This document shows, piece by piece, positions 57,502-64,000 of a stretch of 64,000 nucleotides of DNA. Position 1 is the stretch's first letter, and every line of letters begins with the position of its first letter. This DNA is from a virus, in the IMG/VR virus record IMGVR_UViG_3300046820_000495, positions 11,203 through 75,202 of that record; one strand, 5' to 3'. The notes below the pieces were generated by a model. It was given only the letters and a program-made list of their open reading frames with translations, was not told the origin of the DNA and made no database searches. The position numbers and the translations under genes were made by a program.

Positions 57502-59091
57502 TTATCTTAGTTTATATATCTTACTTGCTCTGTCGCTGAGGTTAACTAACTCCGTCAACTCCGGAAATGTTTCTTTAAAGTCTGTCCCGCGGCGTCGATC
57601 ATGTTCTGTATAGAAAGCATGAAAGTTTGCTCTAGCAGTCAACGCTTCTTCTGGCGTGTATGGATTACTTGCCCAATCCAATAATCTACGCACTTTATCT
57701 ACTTCATAGTCCTTGAAACCTCTAAAAGGATTTTCCTTAGTTTCGAGGTTAGCTTCCATGAATTCAATGCTTTCACGCAGTACTTCTAAGTCACCAGTTG
57801 GAAGTATTTTTAAACTTAACCAATCTGGATCCATCAACATGGGCACATCAAACCAAACAAGCTGTCGTGTAGTGTTAAACTCTTGGCGTAGGGCCAAGAT
57901 GTTTTTAACATACTCCAGCCATCCTGGTATACTTAGTGCATTGAAAGTAACAATGAAAGTTAAACTGTGCTTGGTGCCTTTACGCAAGTACTCTCTAACG
58001 TTCTTGTACATAACATCAAAGTCTAGTCCATTGCGAATATACTCTGCTTGCTTGCCCCATGAGTCCAGGCTACAGTAAAGCATAAAGTGATCAATGGCGT
58101 TGCGTTCTTCTAATACTGTCAAGGACTTGATAAACTTCTTCCATTGTCCTTTAGGAGGGCAACAATTACTTGTAATGCTTAGATGTAGTTCATCACCTTT
58201 GGGATGTTCTGCTACATAATCAAATACCTTAAACGTATTCTTATCCATAAGCGGTTCGCCGCCAGTCATGCGGAATGTTTGTAAGCCTGTGTATACTGTA
58301 GGGAACCATTCCCAAAACGCTGTTAGATAAGGATTGTCTGGTCCGTTATCTGGCATGCCTTGTTGTACCATCCAACGGATATCATTGTGTGTACGCTTGT
58401 CAGCTAAGACATATGGCCCGTACTTTTCTGATTCCTTCATCCACTCTGTACTTAGATGAGGACTGCAATATGCACACTTAAAATTACAAGCTTGGTTAAA
58501 GTTTACTTCTACATAGCGTGGGGTGGCATTACCTGTGTGCAAGTCTACTGCAAGGTCTTCTAGCATACCAGGACGATATACATCCTTGCTACGATAAGCA
58601 CGATCGCTTAACTGTTCGCCAGAGTCTTCAATGTCCCAACAGAAGTTGCACTCTTCGGGCCGCTCACCTTTAAGCATCTTTAGTCGCTGTTCCTTCTTGT
58701 GCTTGGTGTTGTGTATAGCACTAGAGTCTGCTGTAATTTCTTCTAAGGGTATGTGGTGTGCAGGAGGATGATAGCACGAATGTGTCTTGCCTGTAGGGAT
58801 ATGGATACTAACATTATACCATTTGGCCAAGCACATACTTGGACTAATTTCATTTACAATTTCAAACACCTTGCGGGCTTCGTGAGCGTAAATGCTTTTA
58901 ATTTCTGTTTTCTTACCTGTAGCTAAATTGCCGTCGCCGCGAACATTATGAACCAATTTGAGTTTGTCTTTGTCTGACTGACTCATAAAGCTGTACAGTT
59001 CGGGTTCTTTAATGGCTAGAATTTTTGCACGAATATTGTCTTCGCTAAAGGGCTTTGGTAAGTTTTTTGTAATTTTGTCAAAGATATTCAT
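57502..59091 (-). CDS. Radical SAM protein with N-terminal Twitch-like domain (SCYH variant), paralog of the previous gene
   Basis: MCLAKW...HSCYHP...ECNFCW; CNFKCAYC; TGGEP; extended -10 TGnTATAAT 8 nt before ATG. Confidence 0.88.
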   Translation of the reverse strand: MNIFDKITKNLPKPFSEDNIRAKILAIKEPELYSFMSQSDKDKLKLVHNVRGDGNLATGKKTEIKSIYAHEARKVFEIVNEISPSMCLAKWYNVSIHIPTGKTHSCYHPPAHHIPLEEITADSSAIHNTKHKKEQRLKMLKGERPEECNFCWDIEDSGEQLSDRAYRSKDVYRPGMLEDLAVDLHTGNATPRYVEVNFNQACNFKCAYCSPHLSTEWMKESEKYGPYVLADKRTHNDIRWMVQQGMPDNGPDNPYLTAFWEWFPTVYTGLQTFRMTGGEPLMDKNTFKVFDYVAEHPKGDELHLSITSNCCPPKGQWKKFIKSLTVLEERNAIDHFMLYCSLDSWGKQAEYIRNGLDFDVMYKNVREYLRKGTKHSLTFIVTFNALSIPGWLEYVKNILALRQEFNTTRQLVWFDVPMLMDPDWLSLKILPTGDLEVLRESIEFMEANLETKENPFRGFKDYEVDKVRRLLDWASNPYTPEEALTARANFHAFYTEHDRRRGTDFKETFPELTELVNLSDRASKIYKLR

Positions 59092-59136
59092 TGTATACTA
59101 TTATAACAGTGAACTACTTATATGAGCAACCTGAAC

Positions 59137-59162
59137 AAAAAAAGCCGCACTAGGCGGCTTTT
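59137..59162 (-). terminator. Rho-independent terminator
   Basis: AAAGCCG-loop-CGGCTTT with a 7-nt U-tract on the minus strand. Confidence 0.85.
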
Positions 59163-59176
59163 ACAAGTGTTTTAAA

Positions 59177-59536
59177 TTATATGGTGCGAATAAAAATACC
59201 AACGATCAGTAGATATACCAGGCTGTGAGCAAGTTGATCTAAACCCAAGTGATTCCAAAACTCAGGTGTAGCAATGTCTCTGCTACCATAGTTCATCTTA
59301 ATCCAATCAACGTGGTAGTGTGTAATAAAGTCCAGCAGGGCCATGCTACATGCAAAAGGAATACCAGCAAGTATAAAAATAAAAAAGGTAGCTACACCAT
59401 GTTGTAGGCTATGTAAGATTCCATGCCACTTACCGTACTGTCCTTTTTCTTCTACCATGCGTGGTGTCTGACACACAAAGTCAATGACCCAATGTTTAAT
59501 AAACAACAAAACCAGCGCGGCTTCATATAATAGCAT
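59177..59536 (-). CDS. DUF3307-like membrane protein
   Basis: KHWVIDF..QT..M...K, HSLQH, THYHVD, GLDQLAH. Confidence 0.8.
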   Translation of the reverse strand: MLLYEAALVLLFIKHWVIDFVCQTPRMVEEKGQYGKWHGILHSLQHGVATFFIFILAGIPFACSMALLDFITHYHVDWIKMNYGSRDIATPEFWNHLGLDQLAHSLVYLLIVGIFIRTI

Positions 59537-59697
59537 TAATTGTTCTCGTTTAAATCTATGATTGACACGTGATCATAATGGCCTTGTTCTTGTTCAATAA
59601 TAGAATCTGCTTCAAATAGATTGTCGCAATACTCTGTTCTTATTAAGATAGGTTGGTTATCTTTTTCTCTGTAAAATTTAACAAGGACATTTGACAT
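59536..59697 (-). CDS. Hypothetical protein (53 aa, not in ORF track)
   Basis: MSNVLVKFYREK...; SD GGAG; TAATG coupling. Confidence 0.55.
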   Translation of the reverse strand: MSNVLVKFYREKDNQPILIRTEYCDNLFEADSIIEQEQGHYDHVSIIDLNENN

Positions 59698-59705
59698 AAT
59701 AACTC

Positions 59706-60011
59706 CTATAACCACGAATTTGCTGTGTACTTATTAAGGAACCTAACCGAAGCACGGCCATTTTGGGCAAGATGCTTATTGCAAAAATTGTTGTAAGCAG
59801 GACGCCAATGTTTTTGCACAGGCTCTGGTGCATGGCAAGCAAGGTAGTGTAGTCGGCCAAAGATACGACCAAGTGTTCGCTTGTTAAAGCCCCAACCTGC
59901 AGGATACCATCTAACTCGTGATTGCCAATTAAAGCTTTCACTATGTCCTGTGAGCAGGCGTAAGCGAATAATGTAACGCTTGTTAATACTCTGAGGACGG
60001 AACTTGTTCAT
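59706..60011 (-). CDS. Hypothetical basic protein
   Basis: 101 aa ORF in operon. Confidence 0.6.
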   Translation of the reverse strand: MNKFRPQSINKRYIIRLRLLTGHSESFNWQSRVRWYPAGWGFNKRTLGRIFGRLHYLACHAPEPVQKHWRPAYNNFCNKHLAQNGRASVRFLNKYTANSWL

Positions 60012-60012
60012 A

Positions 60013-60504
60013 TTATGCTTTAGGAGAAAAAGGCCATGATGTAGCAGGATCAGGTCTTGGCTTTAGCTTAACATTCTCTTCGATTACTTCACCGGTTATT
60101 TCATCACACAAACTAACTTGATATGGACCGTAGATATGTACAGCTGAGTCTTCTTCTTGCCAATCATGTTCGCCGTCATAAAGCCAACCTGCTCCGCCTT
60201 CATAGTAGAGTTCTTTGAGTTCTTGTTGTTCAAGTTCGCTAATGTCATCGCTGAATTCCCACTCAACGCTGGTACTGTCATCAAACTCACAGCCCCAACC
60301 TGCATCGGTTTTAGCATAAGCAACATCATCGCCTTCCCAAGGAAGATTGCAATCCATGTCTTCTTCAATAAAGCCTTGTCCCCAACGATAAGTTTCATCG
60401 ATGTTAAACCAACTAACAGTACCGTCCGGATTTTCACGAAACATCTCTACATGGTAGACAATGCTTTTCTTGTGTAAAGGTTTGATAAGATAGACTTTAC
60501 TCAT
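60013..60504 (-). CDS. Hypothetical acidic protein
   Basis: 163 aa ORF. Confidence 0.7.
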   Translation of the reverse strand: MSKVYLIKPLHKKSIVYHVEMFRENPDGTVSWFNIDETYRWGQGFIEEDMDCNLPWEGDDVAYAKTDAGWGCEFDDSTSVEWEFSDDISELEQQELKELYYEGGAGWLYDGEHDWQEEDSAVHIYGPYQVSLCDEITGEVIEENVKLKPRPDPATSWPFSPKA

Positions 60505-60527
60505 TCTTCAACTCCGAAATGTTCCAT
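60501..60527 (-). pseudogene. Mini-ORF MEHFGVEE, remnant of a repeated gene family
   Basis: SD plus ATG fused directly to the HFGVE tail; shares TTCAACTCCGAAATGT with 62578-62593. Confidence 0.55.
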
Positions 60528-60536
60528 GATAGTTCC

Positions 60537-60836
60537 TTAAGAGTCTAGATCCATTGCGTTATATTCTTTGACTACAGCAAGAACTTCTTCTTCTGTGTTA
60601 CATACAATCTTACAGTTCTTCCATTCACTGTCTGCATCACGCCCACCAACTTCTACCATCCAACCATTGTCATATCGATTGATAGTAATTGATTCGTTTA
60701 CTTTTTCTAACTTACCCAATTTTGCTGTTGCCATGTCATTTCCCTTTACTAGTTGATCAAATTCTAACATAAGTTCCTCTAGGCCGTCAATAAGATCCTG
60801 TTCGGAAACTAGAGGTTCTGGTTTACGCTTCGACAT
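60537..60836 (-). CDS. Hypothetical protein (true start may be the internal MATAKL)
   Basis: ORF track. Confidence 0.6.
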   Translation of the reverse strand: MSKRKPEPLVSEQDLIDGLEELMLEFDQLVKGNDMATAKLGKLEKVNESITINRYDNGWMVEVGGRDADSEWKNCKIVCNTEEEVLAVVKEYNAMDLDS

Positions 60837-61047
60837 CTTTCTTCTTACGTGTACGTTTTGGTTTTTCTTCTATACTAACTGAAATAGTGCTTTCTGCTTT
60901 TAACAATGCGGCACGAACATCACGCAATAGTGCTTCGTCATCCCATTCAAGTTCTGTGCGACCATCCGGGTATGTTGTTACTGTAAGGTGACTGCCTTTA
61001 ACAACCACTGCCTTGGTAACTTCTGCTTTTTTCTTTTTTGTTGCCAT
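60823..61047 (-). CDS. Hypothetical protein
   Basis: Operon packing. Confidence 0.6.
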   Translation of the reverse strand: MATKKKKAEVTKAVVVKGSHLTVTTYPDGRTELEWDDEALLRDVRAALLKAESTISVSIEEKPKRTRKKKDVEA

Positions 61048-61286
61048 TAGTAGGCCTCCTGTTGAATAATCATGTGCTTGCCTAATTCAAATAGGCCAAC
61101 CGCTGTAGGTAAGTCTCTTACCAAACTATGAATCTGCGGTTCGTTATCTTCGCACATACTTACTGCTACAAATTCTACAATGTTGCCCTGTTCAATTTGG
61201 TCGCGCATTTCATTTAGAACTTCTAGCAGTTCTGCTTTATGCTTTCGTTTTTCTTTTTCTACTGGATCAATGCTAATAACGTTCAT
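61047..61286 (-). CDS. Hypothetical protein
   Basis: SD GGAG. Confidence 0.6.
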   Translation of the reverse strand: MNVISIDPVEKEKRKHKAELLEVLNEMRDQIEQGNIVEFVAVSMCEDNEPQIHSLVRDLPTAVGLFELGKHMIIQQEAY

Positions 61287-61294
61287 GTGTACTC

Positions 61295-61522
61295 CTAATT
61301 AGACAACTGCATGACCATGTATTCTTCGTCGGTTACATGGGCAACAGGTTTAATCCATCCTGCGTTTATAGCAGTAATAAAGATGCTCTTGTATTCTGCT
61401 GGACAGTTATTGCTGATTTCAAAGCTGGCTCTGTTGGTCAGTACCAGGCCGTTGCTGATTGTAAAATGCGGTTCGCCGGGGCGGATAGATTTTATATTAG
61501 AACGAGCAACTGTGTAGTTCAT
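61295..61522 (-). CDS. Hypothetical protein
   Basis: Operon packing. Confidence 0.6.
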   Translation of the reverse strand: MNYTVARSNIKSIRPGEPHFTISNGLVLTNRASFEISNNCPAEYKSIFITAINAGWIKPVAHVTDEEYMVMQLSN

Positions 61523-61661
61523 TTCTTACCCCACAAGAACTTTAAAGACAATCCATCAACTAGTCCTTGCTTGAAAGGTGTAGCAGGTGCCCAAAGAATA
61601 TATCCAACTGTGATACCTTGGATAAACATTACAACCATTAGTACTGCTGTTTCAACTTCGG

Positions 61662-61928
61662 TCATTCTTCTTCTCCAAAGAAATGTTCTCTAATTGCTAC
61701 ATAACTATCAACCCCGCATTGTACATAACCATCCCAATGCGTGTCCTTCATCATTTCGGTATCTTCCAGCACAGGCTTGTATTGTTCTTCAACCTGCCGC
61801 ATACATTCCTGCACAATCAACTCGGCGAACTTTGCTAACTGCGCTGGCAAAAGTTTATCGGTATTGGGGTTATCCCAATATTCTTCTGCCCAAATTTGGT
61901 CAGCAAGTTTTTTAATTCGTTCGTTCAT
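61662..61928 (-). CDS. MNERI...FAELIV.EC...EHF family protein, copy 1
   Basis: Paralogous to 62575-62826. Confidence 0.65.
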   Translation of the reverse strand: MNERIKKLADQIWAEEYWDNPNTDKLLPAQLAKFAELIVQECMRQVEEQYKPVLEDTEMMKDTHWDGYVQCGVDSYVAIREHFFGEEE

Positions 61929-62036
61929 TTCCAACCCCTGTTAGGATCAAGTTCTTCATCAGTAAAGCATGAAGCCAAGTTGATCCACTGCTTGCTCAAG
62001 TCTGCGAAGTTCAAGAACTGCTTGATATCCTGCCAT
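61925..62036 (-). pseudogene. Frameshifted or internally deleted small gene
   Basis: SD plus MAGYQAVLELRRLEQAVDQLGFMLY* (25 aa); another frame gives TDEELDPNRGWK* ending in an ATGA overlap with the next gene. Confidence 0.45.
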
Positions 62037-62045
62037 TTTATTTCC

Positions 62046-62366
62046 TTAGGCTATATAAACCAAGTCGTCGAATGTGCGTAAGCTTTCGCTACCGTCATAT
62101 TCTTCAACTAAAAATCGTGTGCCCGGTTCTAACCATTCAACTTGTACATCTTCTGCGCCGCCCATATAGCCTGTATAACCCAAGGACTCAGCATAAGCAC
62201 CCAAACCCTCTGCACCATGCGACAATACAAAGTCTACCAAACGGCTGTCAAACAACATGCCTTCTGTTTGTTCAGAGGAAGACCATGTGCTCCAGCCTGC
62301 GCCAAAGCCTGGTGATATCAATACTGCAACCAATCCTTGGTCATCATAACGTCGATCAAATTCCAT
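62046..62366 (-). CDS. Hypothetical phage protein
   Basis: VAVLISPGFGAGWSTW...EEYDGSES; likely start MEFDRR. Confidence 0.7.
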   Translation of the reverse strand: MEFDRRYDDQGLVAVLISPGFGAGWSTWSSSEQTEGMLFDSRLVDFVLSHGAEGLGAYAESLGYTGYMGGAEDVQVEWLEPGTRFLVEEYDGSESLRTFDDLVYIA

Positions 62367-62413
62367 TTTAAATCCTTTACGCAACGGGCCAATTGGTACT
62401 AAAGTTGTAATAG

Positions 62414-62575
62414 TCAACGTGTTGGATCAAACTCACAGATTTCCGCATCCCAAGGAAGAGAATACCATCTTTTCCGTTGCTCTACATCAAATGTATCAGA
62501 AAGGGAGCCGGGTCGGTATTGATTAATCTTTTTAACAAAGCCATTTGGACCCTTGATGTAAAGTTGTTTGTTCAT
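62414..62575 (-). CDS. Hypothetical protein (53 aa, not in ORF track)
   Basis: MNKQLYIKGPNGFVKK...; TAATG coupling. Confidence 0.5.
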   Translation of the reverse strand: MNKQLYIKGPNGFVKKINQYRPGSLSDTFDVEQRKRWYSLPWDAEICEFDPTR

Positions 62576-62826
62576 TATTCAACTCCGAAATGTAGTTTCA
62601 TTCGATTCCTAATTCCCCAGGCAGCGTTTCGCCGCCCGTCATTGATACCTTTGCGATACTCAGGTTCAGCGGAGCCTGCAACTTCAAATTTTTCGTTTTC
62701 TACCTGTTTGGCAATGCTCATACATTCTGTCACAATCAACTCGGCGAATTTTTCATATCTAGCCTGAATCATAATGTCATTTCGCTGTGCCGATTCTTCC
62801 CACAATTCTGTAATCCTGTTGTTCAC
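62575..62826 (-). CDS. MNERI-family protein, copy 2
   Basis: (M)NNRITEL...KFAELIVTEC...HFGVE. Confidence 0.65.
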   Translation of the reverse strand: MNNRITELWEESAQRNDIMIQARYEKFAELIVTECMSIAKQVENEKFEVAGSAEPEYRKGINDGRRNAAWGIRNRMKLHFGVE

Positions 62827-64000
62827 AGTTTTTCTCCGGGTTCAAATCCACGGAAGCGTAGGAAACGTGGAAATCGCAGGCTGTAAGAACCGTCTTGGTT
62901 TTGTGTCACAGCATCGGCACGTACTTCTGCTACCATACCTACACAATCTTCTTTGAACTGCCAAAAGCCTGTACGCTGGTCATCTGTTAAGCCACTGCCA
63001 ACGTTGGTGCGAATAGTCTTGCCGTCATCAACACCTTCTACAATTAGCGCACCCAAACGACCTAGATTCTTACCAGTGCCTTCTTCTGTACCAACTACAG
63101 TCAGACTAACTTCAATGAAAGGCTTGAGCTTGAGCCAAGATACGCTACGTTTACATTCGTAGCCTGCATCCGGATTCTTAATCATAATGCCTTCATAACC
63201 ACCTTCAATGGCTTTGGCATTAATCAACAAGTTCTTGCGATAAGGCACGAACATGAGTCAGCGTGTCTTTGTGATGCTCAACAAAGTTAGTGATGTGCTC
63301 GGTGCGGAATGTTTGAGTAGCGTTCCACTTACCTGCTTTAAAGTGTACAAGGGGAATACAATCAAACAGATTCAATACTGCGTCATCTGCGGCGACTGCA
63401 CTTTTACGATGCACTTGTTTCATTAAGTCTTGGAAACTGCTAGACATGATCTCGCCGTCAAACACCCAAGGCTCCTGCAAGCTAGTCGCCACTTGTTCGA
63501 ATTGGCTTTTGATGTGACCAAAGTTCACCAGCTCCTTGCCGTTGCGACTGTACTGATTGACTTGTCCATCCGGGTAAACGATTGTTAGAATTCGAACCCC
63601 ATCTAGTTTGACTTCGATTAGTTTTTTGCCACATACTTTGCTTTCGTGATTAGCCGAATCATGTGCAAGTTGACATTCAAACACAGGAATCAAATACTCG
63701 GGTTTGAGTTGTTTAACTGGCTTGAGTTTGTTGATTACCTTGTTTACGGTAACTTCACTAAAGCCACAGCGTAGGTCCTTTTGCAGGATACGCATGTACC
63801 AGTCGTTCCATTCACTTTGCTTTGCACAAGTCAGGCAAAGTTCGATTGCAGTTTTAGCGGCATCACCTGTGAGGTCACGACGAGCCAGATTATCTGCCAA
63901 GGCACGGAAGGCAGTCCAAGTCAAGCCTTGGCCATCTGGACCACTGTGCTTGGGGATTTTCTTGACACCAAAAGTAATCATTGGGTCAAGTGCAAGGCGC
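62823..64000 (-). pseudogene. lig: ATP-dependent DNA ligase split by a frameshift near 63220 (5' end outside window)
   Basis: Upstream frame: EVKLDGVR (motif I), FDGEI (III), LFD (IIIa). Downstream frame: YEGIMIK (IV), WLKLKP (V), OB-fold SLRFPRF. Confidence 0.85.

Noticed and set aside
1-64000. CRISPR array, IS/transposase, integrase, rRNA
   Set aside because: No regularly spaced repeats, terminal inverted repeats or matching protein motifs were seen.
1-64000. Alternative genetic code (stop-codon reassignment)
   Set aside because: Recognisable genes are full length in the standard code and TAA, TAG and TGA all end genes; the ligase break is a frame change, not an in-frame stop.
1-64000. 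Bacterial chromosome origin, given clpA, clpX, infA and rpsU
   Set aside because: The host-like genes are out of bacterial operon context and sit among spanins, a gp44-like clamp loader, T4-late-like promoters and dense small ORFs.

Overview
A 64 kb segment of a large, gene-dense dsDNA bacteriophage (T4-like or 'huge phage' type), mostly encoded on the minus strand. The host is probably Gram-negative (spanin pair, perfect sigma70 promoters). Contents: (i) host-like proteostasis and translation genes (clpA, clpS, clpX, dnaJ, groES, small HSP, infA, rpsU/bS21, tRNA-Ile2). (ii) Replication and nucleotide genes (clamp loader, a stand-alone DnaE fragment, DEDD exonuclease, dCMP deaminase, PhoH, and a DNA ligase broken by a frameshift). 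(iii) An unusually large set of tailoring enzymes: 7 radical SAM proteins (4 with an N-terminal Twitch-like domain, 1 B12-dependent), about 8 2OG-Fe(II)/AspH/TauD-type oxygenases, 3 PP-loop SGGxDS ATP pyrophosphatases, a carbamoyltransferase with a tiny partner peptide, and a glycosyltransferase-like/SGNH fusion, plus possible support genes (ErpA/IscA, MTA/SAH nucleosidase, QueD). Reading the non-coding DNA shows a preQ1-I-like riboswitch before queD, a ROSE-like RNA thermometer before the sHSP gene, an unexplained ~200-nt structured RNA, a recurring TGTTG-N8-CAACA operator, and many apparently leaderless genes under both sigma70 and T4-late-like (TAAnTA) promoters. All calls come from reading motifs by eye; no database search was run.
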